The translations under genes and the position numbers were made by a program. A stretch of DNA of 64,000 bases from Syncephalis fuscata S228 (taxonomy: Eukaryota; Fungi; Zoopagomycota), in the NCBI GenBank assembly GCA_025786725.1, contig JAHLTZ010000050.1, positions 1 to 64,000 on the forward strand, in the 5' to 3' direction. Shown here one piece after another: positions 50,366 through 64,000 of the stretch (within the stretch, counting starts at the first letter, position 1; the number at the start of each line of letters is the position of its first letter). Below the pieces are notes generated by a model. The model ran no database searches. It was given only the letters and a program-made list of their open reading frames with translations, and was not told the origin of the DNA.

Positions 50366-51507
50366 ATGGACGAGCTTATATCTATATTCTTTCCTAGTAA
50401 TGCCTCATTACCGGCGCCGATACCGGCACCATTGCCGCCACCACCACCTAAATCAGTACTTGAAAGATTATTAGAGAAATTGCCTTGGTCAGTTGAACAA
50501 TTGCGATGGTTTACGTGTATTGTTTTGTCGACGGCAGGTGTCTCGGCGACAGTATTTGGCTATGTGCGCTATGGTCGACGAGCGCGCCGTTTACGCAATA
50601 CGCCGTCAGTCAATTCACTGCACAATATACAAGATGTGTTACAAAAAACACCACACGATTCGAGTGTTTGGCTCAAAGTAGGCGTCTATTTATCAATAGC
50701 TACGCATTCGTCTCATTTATGTATTTATTTGCCTGTTTGTTGGTTTAGATCACGGGTCGAGTCCATTGTCCGAATCCTGTGGTGGCGCCTCTTTGCGGAT
50801 TACCGTGCGCGTATGTTGACGTGATTTATGCACGCCGTCATTTACATCGCCGTAAATTGTCACCGCAAGCCACCAACGAAGACCGACGTCGATTAGAGAG
50901 ACGCGAGAAACGCCGCTGGTCTCCTAAGCAGCTTAATGTAACTTTGCTACCTCTATGTCCTATCCCATCTGTATCCACTTATACTAGCATCGCAGGAACT
51001 ATTTCATGAAAAGCTAAAATCAGCTTGGACGCTACAAATCCCCAGTGGCGAGCATGTCAACGTTGATATGGCCGGTGCCGATCTATCTCTAGAGCGCACG
51101 GTTAATAGAAAAAAGGTAACTGTCTATTTAGCAAAGGATGTAATAATAGACGGCTTACGGCTGAATAGATACATGAATCTGTATTAAGAAACGATGCAGC
51201 CGTTCTGGTACTTGGTCGAGTTAATGGCAACTTGAATGGTGATGTATTTTGTATTTCTAATCAACGTGATCAAACCATTCGGCGTAAAGCTCGTCAGTCC
51301 ACGTCAAATACCGATTGGTGCTTAATTACTACGCAAACAGAAAAACAATTACTTTATTCACTAGATAAACGATGGATAAGCTGGACGGTTACAGGTGTAG
51401 GATTCTTGAGTGGTGCTGCTTTTTTGGCCCGGATAATATTGGCTAGTGTATTTCTTTTGATTAAGCTAATAATAATTGATATTTATAGCATTGCAATAGC
51501 CATTTAA
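50366..51507 (+). CDS. Two-TM membrane protein, GIDE/MUL1-like domain, multi-exon
   Basis: N-terminal TM followed by RRARRL, then ESVLRNDAAVLVLGRV, LITTQTEKQLLYSL and a C-terminal TM. This layout is typical of the GIDE domain. Confidence 0.5.
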
Positions 51508-51834
51508 AATCATTTTAATAAACTTTAATCCATATTGTAACTTGGTGCTATATATTAACTATTTAGTATTTACGATGAAATGTATACGCCATTTTATATC
51601 TTATTGATAAGCTTAAAATTGAATAGTAAATAAACACTTGATCGATTAGCATGAAAGCGATTGCATTGATTTTAAGCTGCTAGCTGCTAGCTGCTAGTGC
51701 AATATCGTTTGTTTATTACTGGCAATACAAGCAAAAAATACTTTTAATTGCTTTATTCCAATTATTTTATTATATTCTAATAACATGAATCATTGGAACT
51801 GGCTTGTTTAATAGTAACATGATGTCTTCCCTTA

Positions 51835-52365
51835 TTACATGCCACTATTTACCGTATCGTTAATCGTTTGCTATTTTAATATATGTGCTACTTACCGATC
51901 TTTCATCTGTTTTACCAAATGGACCTTATGAGATACGTGACGTTGGAATGCTCGCATTTCTCTTTCTTTCTTTTCCCGCTGGCGGCGTTGTGTGGGTTTT
52001 TCGTATCGTTCGCGTTTACGTAGCAGTTTGCGAATCTTATTACGCGCTAATAGCATACTTAATTGGCGATAGGCTTGACCTGGATTGTCATACGTTACTG
52101 GAACACTACGACCGGCAGTACGAGCAGCAAGTCGTGATGTTACAGGTGAAGTATTCACGGTATTGGCCATGTAGCTGAATCCTGGACTATTGCTAGCTGG
52201 TGCCGAAGTAGCATTCGTTTGATTATTAACGGTTGGTAGGACGTAGTTGGCGAAATCGGAACGGAGTCGCACAAGTGGTACTACTACGCCGGCCATGGCC
52301 CGCGGCAATTTAACAGCTTGCTGGGTCAGTGGTCGAATCAGGCCGACATGCAAGGAGGGAAGCAT
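51835..52365 (-). CDS. MRP21: Mitochondrial ribosomal protein bS21m
   Basis: Presequence, then GRSVPV..AYRQLSMLLARNKIR..RERYEKPTQRRQR..F, with an intron before the terminal GM*. Confidence 0.8.
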
Positions 52366-52704
52366 TGTAGCAAATAGAATAAAGAAAGAAAACGTGTGGA
52401 CAATGGTCGAAAATAAATCAAATGGCTTAATACAAAATTTTGCTATTACACTCAACGACAATGCTAATAAATCGTATGTTTTTACCACATATTAGTAAAC
52501 ATAATTAAACGTAAAATTTAAATAAAATAAAAATAAAACAGGTATTATTTTCTAGTTGTGACATATACTCGAATAACCACTAGGACATTAACAGAGCAAG
52601 GAGCATAAGGACTTGAACAGCAGAAAAAGAAAGTTTTGTGTGTGCAGTTCTAATTATGTAAAATAACAGTATGGTATTAGTAATAGTAGTAATTTAACAA
52701 TTAT

Positions 52705-53250
52705 TTTCTGATAACATTCGCGTAATTGAACTAGGCATTCAATCTATTGAACATGGAGCTAGGTGATGAGTGACATCAATCATCAAATACTTATCATTGT
52801 AGATTCATTATCCAGTATGCATATATTCAGTACACATATATATCATTCTATAATATACCAAACACATTCTATTTATTATAAATTTAGTACATTTATTTAT
52901 TATATCCATTGAATTATATAGCTAGCACTGCTAATCACATACCTCTCGCTGTATATTCATTAAAGTTATAAAGGTATATTGCATGCAACTCAATGAATAA
53001 AATGAATGCAGCATGTTAAAGACTATAGCAAATAGATTGTGCTCAACGTATGATAGAGTGCTATACAGCAGTATAAATATACAACATTAATTATGTGTAT
53101 GTATATAATATATGCGTACAGTATAATGACGATTGTCATTGATGAGTGATGTTATTTACCCGATTCCATGTTCACTAGGACGAATGTGGAGTTCAACTAT
53201 GTTAATATTGTTAGATGTAGCTATTTGATCCTCAAATCATATCAAATGGC
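52705..53250. mobile_element. MITE copy within the segmental duplication
   Basis: Near-identical to 20445-20985. Confidence 0.55.
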
Positions 53251-53524
53251 TAGTAAAATTGCTAATAAAAACAAATTGTATAATAATGTTAAATGACATA
53301 TAGTATATTATACGATTGATACAGCTTATTCGACTTGCACAACAGAGAATTAAGTTTTTAAAAATTAAAATATTTGAATACACCATACAGAACATACAAT
53401 ATGTTAAATACAATAGTCAAAAAGTAAAAGTGAAATCTAATATGTTTATTAGTTAAGCCACAATAAAAGCAATACTGCCAACAAATAACAAAACAATGTT
53501 AAGCATAGTCTATATCTAAGCTGT

Positions 53525-55364
53525 TTAACCTCTAACTGTTCCATAATATGGAACATAAACAGCATGGTTCGATGGTGATCCATTAATTCCTGGATTAGGA
53601 TCAATTACAATATACCCGGAATATGACCATATTTCGCCATTTTGTATATTCCTCGGCACACTAATCTTTATGTTGATCTCGCTTATCTGATTTAGTCGTA
53701 AATCAATAGATCCTGGAAGGGAAACGGTTGCAATCACATGTTTTCCTGACGATGTATTGCTAATAGGTTTTGATTTCAAAACTGCTGCGCTGGAATATGT
53801 GAAAGTTTATACGATGCTGATGTGTCAGATAGAGGTGAAAGTTTGATCAATACATCCACTGCGTTGGTATACGTGTCCTCCAAATTAATTAACGATGGTT
53901 CAACATGAACACTTTTAGTATCTATTAGTTTGGTAAGATTGATTATACCGGACCTTGATATAATGGAGAAACGTAGGAATCTGCATTACTGACTTTGACG
54001 GGAACTGCGCTGTTTTGTAATATAGTTCTGGCATGGTTAACATCAACCAAACTCTTGTTATCAATTTCAGCTATCAATGCAGCTGCACCCGCAACATATG
54101 CAACAGCAGCTGATATATCGCTAAAATGAGGTTTGCTTATTGTTTTACGAGTGGTAATGGTGTAGATTTCGTGACTTGGTGCCAAGATGTCAGGATAGAA
54201 AGGTGGTATGAATGGTTCATTCTGCGGTCCAGCTGTATCGACAGTAACACTGCCATCCTCGATGTAGCCATACTTTTCTGCAAAAATATATTTGTATTAC
54301 GTCTATTCTATAACCTTCTTCTATAAATATAGCATCTTTTTCACTGATATCAAACAAAGGCATATCGCATTTTTGTCTTTTTTGGTAAGGATTGTTTACG
54401 ATGATAAGCCTAGCCATCCGTATTGATTTAGCATATTCTAAAAAATAAGGAGTTTTTGATTTATCATACCATACAAGTGCAATGTCTTCTCTTTTAAGCT
54501 CAGTAAGATGTTCTTCTAATCTGCTCTTGATATTTCTAGGAATAATATTCATTTCTTTGTTAAAGTCATAGCTCATGTCTGAACATGGAGAATTAAACTC
54601 AATACGACGGCCAGTTGTTTTCTCCTCAAACCAGTGCGATAGTCGATACTTTTGTTTAAAACCACCAACACTTAATACAGGAAGGCCTTGATATGAAAAG
54701 TAATTTGGATTTATAAAATTATTGGCTGATGCTGCAACAATCATAATCACGCCATGTTTTGCAGCATCTTCTATTGTTTCTTTTAGTTTAGTACTGTATT
54801 CATCTACAATGGCAATCTCCGGCAATACAACAATTTTCATTTGGTCCTGGCGTATTGCAATTGTTATAGCTTTCAACACCAATGAGGTTGAAGTTGGATC
54901 TGTGCAACTAAATACGCGATAGGTGCCAAGTGTTGCCTCGGGTGCAACTCCAATAAAATAATTGGTTTTTGCAACGGCAATTCCAGCTAGACTTACACCA
55001 CGTCTATTGCATTTAGATGGATGTTTAGCTTGACTGTAATTAATAGACACAAGTCCATGATTATAATTATAATTTCCTTCAAATGCATCAGTGTTCGAAT
55101 TAATCCCGCTGTCAATAATTCCGAGTTTCACGCCTTTTCCTTTAATACCATTGGCATGAAGTGCTTTAACGCCGGTGGGTACATAATAAGGTGTTACATA
55201 AACTAGTTTACCGGTAATTCTAGAGCTAATATAGGGCCAGTCATAATTAGGTTTTGTGTAAAAATCATCTTCATATGTTTTGGCACTGTCTACGGTAAAG
55301 TGTGTGTTGAACAAAATAGCAACAATGTAAATATTACCAGTTGTTGTGCTTGTCTTGCTATCAT
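53525..55364 (-). CDS. Second secreted S8 subtilisin-like paralogue (frameshifted in the assembly)
   Basis: Same motifs as 21265-23105 (IIDSG, CNRRGVSLAG, DISAAVAYVAG), with frameshifts at different positions. Confidence 0.8.
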
Positions 55365-57292
55365 AGTTATAAGCAACTGATGTATCAAAAAATAATTGTA
55401 TGGTTTAATTATAGGAAAAGTGTCGACAAAAAGTAAATGAAAAATAAGACAATGTATATGAGACGAAAATAAATAAATAAATAATATTCAGATTCAGATG
55501 ACATGGCTCTATAAAAGAATAATGACATGTGCTAGATGCCATTTTAGGTTATTAAACAAAATATTTAAGAAAGGTGTCCAAAATTGTACAACAGTAATGC
55601 GGTAGTTGAATAGAAACCACTAGTAATTCGATTTTTACTTGTTTAATTCTCCATTCTAGTAACTATCATGTGCCGTTATTCCTTCTTTAATCAAATGCTA
55701 ATTTTATATTTTCTTTTGATAAAATTGATAATTGTGGTATTATACATCAATGTATATACATATAGTCTAACAATCGTTTTATAGGCCAAATAATTTGCAA
55801 TCAATATTTAAATTATATATAAACTATTGCATGGCATCGCTATGCCTGTTAAACAATAAAAGTTATAATAAATCCGCATACAATATCAAGTCATTTACTT
55901 ATTATGCAAACATATAAATTTGTTTATTCTATTGAATGTATACATTTTTGTATTAAGTTAATAATATGAAAGTAGTAGAATTGTAGTCAATGGTCGACGA
56001 CTTATAAAACAAAATGATTAGTTTGGATACTAATAAATGCGCTATAATCATTAATATTTCTCGCCATCCGGCTTCATCTTCAATAGAACGAATGTCTAGT
56101 TCAATTGCGAGAATATGATTAAATATAATCATTTAACACCAAATCGTATTAAATAACTAATAAATCTAACGTTTGCAAAAAGAAGAGGCATTTTTTTTCA
56201 TAATAAACGAAGTTATGTAATAATAATATCACAGTATATAAATAGCATAAATATAGTTTAAGGCAAAAAGAAATAACTTGTTGCTTGGTAGTCTCAGCCA
56301 TGCATAATTTATTTAAAACTTGGCAATTAACAAGGCGCAAGGTATTCAGCACGGCTGTAAAACAAAGTATAATTGCTTTATTTCTGCCATGCATTAGTAA
56401 AATACTGGGGAGCATGTGGATCGGCCGCTTCAAGGCATTGCTGTGGCAACATGTGCTCATGTTATGGACAGCCGCGTGCTTCAATCCTATACACTACAAA
56501 CCTAAATGGCATAAGTTCTTTCGAGTTACCAAAATACAAAAAGAAACCGGTATACGTCCGTTCACGCGCTCTACACTAATGACACACAAAAGGAATGCCT
56601 GACAGTTAAAACCACACACTCGACAACTCGCCACATCATTGTAGCACAGCCAATCTATAATAATCATAGAAGAATACGGTTATTGTCTTCTTCACACTTC
56701 ATTCTTATTTCTTCACACTATCAGCTACTTACTTGCCACATCCACTCACACAAATACGCACACTCGCCTATTGATTTCTATAAGAACAACTTTTTACTGC
56801 GCCATTAGTCGCTTTATACCGTTGACAGCCGACTACAATACTGTGTTCCTAGCGGACTCTGCTCAACCACCCATCTTACACCTTTACCTCCTTTCACTGG
56901 GACACGGCTCGTTTCCTTGTCCTCCCTTTTCTTTCTTTTCTTTTCTTTCCGATACACCGGCCTAGCTGTAGTGTGCGCGTACATACGAATAAAGGCGACT
57001 AACTATACGTTGTTCGTTTGAAACGGTAGGTAGCTGGCGTAATTAACGATAGGGACATCGCGAAGCTGTGCCTTCGTTATGGCAACGAATAAACAGAGCA
57101 AAGATCCACTAACTTGATTGCCATCTTCACTACCGCAACTCATGCCAATCTATCTTATTGTTTTATTGAAGACAGAATTATTTGGCGACAACTCGCTACT
57201 TCAAGCAACGTCTATTGTGCAAGAAAGATAAAGTGAAGAACACTTGCAGTGTACCTAGTATTCGTATCTACGATAACAGCAATATTGGTAAT

Positions 57293-58586
57293 ATGATAGC
57301 ACAGTCATCAACGCCAGGCGAATCGGCTAGTTGCACGTATGCTAACGGGACTGCCTCGTTCCGCGTTGGTGTGTCCGAAGATCGCAATCGTCGATGCCGC
57401 CGTGTTATGGAAGTAAGTTGTGAATTAATTATGATAAATATAAGTATTAAGCAATTGATTAATAATGTGTAATAATTGTATAATACTAATAGGACACACA
57501 TAGTATTCAAGCAGATTTTTGTGGCATACAAGGCCAAGGATTCTTTGGTGTATTTGATGGACATGGTGGAAAAATGGCTGCTGAATGGTGTGGAGAACAC
57601 TTTCATGAGGTAATTAACCAATTACTAACTAACCATATATTGATCTATCAACATAATACTATTATTACTAGACATTGAAAAGTTGTTTACAAGAAAATCA
57701 AAACCAAGAGCCTATTCCTGAAGTGTTAAAAAGGCATTTTTAGCTGCTGATGCTATATTGGGCGAGAATAAACAAGATCATTCAGGCTGCACGGTGATTA
57801 CTGCACTGTTGACAGTCGAATCTGCTGCTGCGGGACAGAATAGCAATAACGTTGCTAATACTAACAACAACAACAACAATACAACTACCGCTATTAATAA
57901 CACTAATAACAGTACCAGCAATAACACTAACACTAGTAGCACTACAAATGCTAATGGTGCTACTGCACCTATAAAACGAAGACTATACACGGCCAATGTA
58001 GGCGATGCCCGTGCTGTTCTATGGTATGTCTATTATTACAACAAATACAGTATTCAATCAATTAACATTGTATTTAAAGTCGTGATGGCAAAGCAATCCG
58101 TATGTCATACGATCATAAAGGTGCCGATCAACGTGAATCTCAACGTATTACTGATAAAGGAGGATTTATGATGGGCAATCGTGTTAATGGTAACTGCCAA
58201 TTGTAACTTTAATGTTACAATCTATACTAATTACTTGATTTAGGTATGCTGGCCGTGACACGAGCCTTGGGAGATACAGCTATGAAAGAATTTGTAATTG
58301 GTCTACCTTATACACAAGAAGTTGATTATGTGAAAAGATACGTGCCTTATTTTGGCTTGTGATGGCGTAAGTCGATATAAATGACTAATGGAAGCACGGT
58401 GTATTAACTATAATCATGTTTATTAATAATATAAATTAGCTTTGGGATGTCTGTGACGACCAAACAGCCATCGACTTGATTAAAAATGTAGTCGATCCAT
58501 TGGAGGCAAGCCAGAAATTGCTTAAATATGCCTTGGAGAACTTTAGTTCGGATAATCTTACCATTATGGTGATCCGCTTTAGTTAA
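57293..58586 (+). CDS. PTC1: Protein phosphatase 2C, Ptc1-like, multi-exon, with an Asn/Thr-rich insert
   Basis: [17 protein letters not shown]|[52 protein letters not shown]|[15 protein letters not shown]. Confidence 0.9.
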
Positions 58587-59163
58587 CTTGGTCTATTTAC
58601 TCAAATGGTCTAGTTAACATTGGTTATATACGTATAATTACGTTGATTTACACATTCCTTATAGGCAGATAATGATTGTTTATCTGCCACTATTATTATT
58701 ATTTCTACGAGATGGTAATGCTATTGATAATTTAATACTAATGATAATAATGTGACAATGGTATTTATATTGTCATCTACCAGTTGACAGTTAAATATTA
58801 ATGATTAAACAACAGCTAGTGTTATATTATAATGCCACTACAACTATTATTATTACTACTATTACTGTTATTACTATGCTTATCATCGCCACCACCACCT
58901 CCTTTGTACCTGTTGGTAAAAAGATATCTGTTTGTGTTTGCATATATTGCAATAAAAATCTATTTCATCATTGTGCACGACATTTTATGTGAATGCAATG
59001 TAGTTGTATAGAACTACAAGCAATTGATAGAGTTGGTTAAAAGGTGTGAAGCATTTTAATCACCTGAAGAAAGCTTATACCGTTGTATAAATGCATCTAC
59101 ATCGACAAGATCGTCAAAAACATATGCAATTGCATTGATACATGAACGCGTTTTATGGACAAT

Positions 59164-59618
59164 TTAAACGTCAGCATGGTAACTTCAACCTCGACTCCTG
59201 GCTCAATGGAGATGGAGGTCTATAGTGTAATGGGCATATATAGTATATGGAAAACAATGGTTAGCAAGCTATTCATATCTATCTACAGCATATATGCTGC
59301 TGTACTTACAATCTGCTTAACGATTTCCGATGGGCTGTGGAGATCGATCAAGCGCTTGTGGATGCGCATTTCATAGCGATCCCAAGTCTTGGAACCTTCA
59401 CCGTTAGGAGTCTTACGGGTGGTGATGCGAAGGACCTTGGTTGGAAGACGAACTGGGCCCTTGACGCGAAGCTGCTTGTCCTTGGAGCGGTTGACCAAGT
59501 CGGCGCAGACCTTCTCGAGGTTCTTCACGTTGCGGCTGGTGAGCGTGATGCGGATGCGATGGATCTTGGCCTCAACAGCCTCCTCATAACCGGGCTTGCC
59601 CTTGGCGACGTAAGCCAT
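59164..59618 (-). CDS. RPS20: 40S ribosomal protein S20 (uS10), one intron
   Basis: [61 protein letters not shown]..|[14 protein letters not shown]. Confidence 0.97.
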
Positions 59619-59989
59619 GCTTATAGTATTCTTTTAGTTTTAAAAGTTCAACGGGGAACAAAGCAGATTGGCCCAGCGGTGACCAAAGATCTGGCAACAG
59701 TTAAGTAGTGGTAAAAAGAAAGAGGAGGAAAACAAGAAAAATGGTCAGTTGTTTTTTTCTTCAAAATGCACATGGGGCCCACCCCTGCTACTCAATTCAA
59801 ATTAGAATAGTACAACTGCCGACTGGTTGGATTGTACTTTGACATCCACATTTGGAGTCCTCAAAGCAAAGTTCGTTTTAATTGAAGTCAATTGTAACAA
59901 AGTGGTTGTAGAATGACCACTGTTACTGCTGTTATGCATAACAAAACACAAGTATAGTGTTTTTATTGGATTACTTTGAAATTCACAAA

Positions 59990-62402
59990 GCCTATTATTG
60001 TTGTTGTTGGTTATTTGTAGAAAATTGATTAAATATTGATAGAAGCTATATGTTGCACTTTCATGTCGTTCCGCAGTTATTGTTATTGTTACTACATACA
60101 GTGTGGCTTATTGCGTCTGAATGGTTTCTTCTATTTTCCAATCTTCTACTGTTGCATTGTGGGTATATTTGCAATGTAAGATACTCGTCTATGGTGACAA
60201 AAAGATAGGACGACTAGCGTTTCTGATGTTCATCATTGTCTTAAGTATTCTTAGCATCAACTTGGTAGATGCAGACTCTTTGCCAACCATTGATGAAGCA
60301 AATCGGCCTCCACCATATGCAATAATGATAGTTTGGGTGTTTTCACCAGAAAGACCTTGTGGTAACAGTTGTAGCCAGAATATACGGCATGCCGTTGAGG
60401 TTGCTTGAACAGGTGTTGATGTAAATAAAAGAAATAAAGACTAGGAATTGAATAGTGTTTTTATTGATGTTCAAATACACATGTTATTTATATTGCTATA
60501 TTCAACATTATTGTATGATATATTACTGAATAAAACGATAAGATAACAATAAGAAAAAGTAATGAAATAAGTAAACAAAAATGTAGGAGTCAAGGTAAAA
60601 TGATTTGATCATGTAAATATTACGCGCTCAATCCAATGTTTTGTTTTATTTTAATATACAATTATACGACTTTTATCAATGATCAATAAATGAAATTAAT
60701 CTGTCTTTCAATTGTTGCAATAATGTATAATATTAGCTGCTTACATTGATAAATAATTAGATTAAGCCTTATACTAGTTGTTTTAGTTGATGATCGTGTA
60801 AATATAAGTATATAAAAAGTTACAATGTGCTTGTAAATATTTATCTGTACAAACAACCACAATTACAAGTTATAGTAACAATCATAAGTATTTAATTACT
60901 AAACTTGTCAATTCAATTTTATCTACAACTCTTTGTTTTCTGTGCGTTATCTCAATTTAACGTTGCTGCTGTTCTAGCTGCATCAGCAACAGCCAACTTT
61001 TTGATAAACGTAGTCCAGCTTAGCATAGGTACAATGATTTGTTATAGGTCAAACCAGTAATCCTTTGAGCTGCTAATTGTTTTTCTATTGGTTTCTGCTT
61101 TGGCTTGTTCTTCTACATTCCATCTTGTTTAACTTGTCAAAAGTGTTTTCATAAATGTAAGCAGCACTTAGGCCTTGGATAATTACCGGTTGATATACGA
61201 TCCATTGACATTATGCACTCGAAATTGCTGACATTCAATTGGAACGTTCTATTGTGTCTAGTCCAGTGTCTGCATATTGCATCGCGTGTAGTTTAGCCGA
61301 TGCAATTTAGTCTACAGCTAAAAACTGATGGCGAAAATGACTTGTTGAAATATTCCATTGCTCAAATGTCGTGATGCATTATCCTACAAACAGTACTTAT
61401 TGTATAGTTGCTTTTAGGTAATTTGGATTAGCCGCCATTTGAATGATGGTAGTTGCACATGTGGCATGATATACCTTGATGTGATGCATTTGTGAATTCA
61501 GAACAATTGCTATCCCATAACAATGGCATAGTGGAATGAAATACACCCATAAAACCAATCAACACACTTTATAATTTAAAGAATGACGATTAATTTATAT
61601 ATAGCAGTAAAAACCTGTATAAAAATACCAGTTTGATACATTAAGCTTGTTTTTGCATCAGTATTGTGTGCTATTCTGTATGCAACAAATATTGAGGACT
61701 GGATTGGTAGAAATGGCAGCAAAGACATCATTATCTTTTTACAAACCAAACAATATACTTGCTTTTACCAAATAGTTAGACCGTGTAATAAAAAAACAGG
61801 TTAATGTGTCTATTTTTACCATATGTACTGGGTTATGAACACCGTTACAGTACTCGTGCAAATGACTAACGGATTGAAGTAAAGACCGGCAGGTTATGTG
61901 CTGTTTAGTATGCATGCAGATATTGAGGACTGAATCGGTAGAAATGGCGGCAAAAATATCACTATTGCTTTTACAAAGTTAAACAATACCTTGCTTTTAC
62001 CAAATAGTTAAACCGTATAATAAAAAAGCAGTGATGTACATGTCTCTATCGCACATGTAATGCTCATTGGAATTGCCGTGTCATTTGTGTAAATGCCGAG
62101 CAGGTTGAAATTAAGTTTGAAAGCATAATATCACGCCATGAATCTATTGGTGCATGTGCACCTCAAACCATTATTTGGATTGTTTTATTGGTTCATATTA
62201 CACATCAATGGTATATCTCGTATACTACAGTATACTGGCATCTCAGCATGATTATAAGTATAAATAGCCCACAGAATATACACATCCAACTGCGGTATCC
62301 TCATCACACTCTACTCTCTGCTAAACACACTCTACTCTCCACTTTATACCAACCACACTCTACTATCTCTTTTTTTGTTTGTCTTAACAATTCAATATCA
62401 CC
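59990..62402 (+). repeat. Uninterrupted upstream segment of micro-exon gene B
   Basis: Direct copy of 33150-34739 plus 36164-36999, without the SDR insertion. Confidence 0.9.
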
Positions 62403-64000
62403 ATGAAGCTTTCCATTGCCGTCGTTTGCACCATTGTCGTGGCTCTTGTGGCCAGTACAGCCATCGTGGATGCTAAACCAGCCTTAGTTCGTCGTGGTAT
62501 GTTGCAATAACAATAAATATGCCATAGTATCTGCTTATTAATAGTATTGCTAACTAATAATGCTATTAGATCGTAAGTTGTACTGTATATTAGCTAATGA
62601 CTCATTAATTATATTCATGCACTATGTGTATCAACAACTTAATACTAATAGTTAGTAAGTTCTATTATATACCAATAAATTATACACTAATTATATGTCA
62701 TGTACTGTATCAATTGACAACTTAATATTAGATAGCTGTAAGTTATATTGTATATTAGTTGATTGCTCACTAATTGCATGCTATGGACTATGTGTATCAA
62801 CAAATTAATACTAATAGGCAGTAAGTGATATTGTATATTGATGACTTATAATTAAGCATATATCATGTATTGCGTACATCGATAACTTAATGTCATAGTG
62901 GGTAAGTTGTATTGTGTATTAAATGACTATAAACTAATTATATATTATGTGTTGTATGTATCAATGACTTGATATTAGACCAATGTAAGTTATATTGTAT
63001 ACTGATTGCACCTAGCTAATTATATATTATGCGTTGTGTGTATCAATAACTTAATAATAATAGGCAGTAAGTAGCATTGTATATTAACTGACTATGTACT
63101 AACCACGCGTTATGCATAATATATATTAACAACTTAATACTAATAGGTAGTAAGTGATATTGTATATTGCTGACTTATGAATTAATTATATCAATATACC
63201 GTGTGTATCAAAAAATTAATAATATAGAATGTAAGGTATATTATATATTAACTGTTCATTCACTAATTACGTGTTATGTATTTTATACATTAACAATTTA
63301 ATATTAATAGGTGGTAAGTTGTATTGTATATTAACTGACTATACATTAACCATGCTATTTACTGATTGTACCAACTATTTAATATTAATAGGCAGTAAGT
63401 AATATTGTATATTAGTTAACTATACATTAATTATACTATTTACTAATGTATTAATTATTTAATATTAATAGTTGGTAAGTTGTATTGTATATTAAATAAT
63501 TATACATTAACTGCTATTTACTGATTATATTGATTATTTAATACCAATAGACAGTAAGCGATATTGTATATTAACTGACTATAAATTAACCATGCTATTT
63601 ATTGATTTTATCTATTATTTAATACTAATAGACAGTAAGTGATATCGTATATTAACTGACTATACATTAACCATGCTATTTATTAATTCTGCTTATTATC
63701 TAATATTAATAGTCTGTAAGTGGTATTGTATATTGATCGACTATACATTAACCATGCTATTAATTGATTGTACTTATTATTTAATATTAATAGGTGGTAA
63801 GCTGTATTGTATATTATTTGACCATATATTAACTATGTTATTTACTAATTGTATCAATTACCTAATATTAATAGTCGGTAAGTTGTATTGTATACTAACT
63901 GACTATACATTAACTATGCTATTTACTAATTGTACCTATTGTTTAATGTTAATAGTTCGTAAGTGATATTGTATATTAACTGACTATACAATAACCATGC
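62403..64000 (+). CDS. Micro-exon gene B (truncated by the window end): same leader as gene A, 18 micro-exons visible
   Basis: Exon 1 (62403-62496) is identical to gene A. Exons ATC,TTA,ATAGCT,GCA,TGG,ACCAAT,GCA,GTA,AAT,GTG,GCA,TTG,ACA,ACA,TCT,GTG,TCG,TTC give DLNSCMDQCSKCGIDNICVV... with no stop. Confidence 0.85.

Noticed and set aside
57840-57960. Asn/Thr-rich (AAC)n insert in PTC1
   Set aside because: Low-complexity loop insertions at this position are common in fungal PP2Cs.

Overview
AT-rich eukaryotic DNA from an early-diverging fungus. The short GT-AG introns, fungal housekeeping genes and duplicated secreted subtilisin-like genes resemble Zoopagomycota such as Syncephalis, which is inference only. 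Single-base deletions break even RPS20 and MAM33, so most frameshifts are probably assembly errors. Recognisable genes are SPC2, an Mtc2/ChlI-lid-like protein, a cytochrome b5-acyl-CoA dehydrogenase fusion, two S8 subtilisin-like paralogues, an SSH4/EAR1-like SPRY protein, MIM1, gamma-glutamyltransferase, MAM33, an SDR, a C2H2 protein, NAT9, a GIDE-like protein, mitochondrial bS21, PTC1 and RPS20. The main discovery is an apparent ~81-bp AT-rich 'satellite' at 37.1-39.6 kb and 62.5-64 kb that is really an array of phase-1 introns separating 3-nt (occasionally 6-nt) micro-exons. These splice onto a signal-peptide/Kex2 leader exon. Copy A gives a 35-aa Cys-rich secreted peptide, DLNSCNDQCSTECGGVFLYKRCLWGCHNTCRINNP (CX3CX3C-X8-CX3CX3C), if one 2-nt exon is read as 3 nt; skipping it removes one Gly. 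A paralogue has the same leader but a different mature peptide, and the promoter of a third copy sits at the window start. A 3-nt exon required by homology in the GGT gene supports the idea that this organism splices such exons. Also present are a decayed Fanzor/TnpB relic, an SDR gene flanked by a 13-bp direct repeat inside the micro-exon gene's upstream region, four clustered orphan disordered proteins sharing an N-terminal motif, a MITE family and large inverted repeats.
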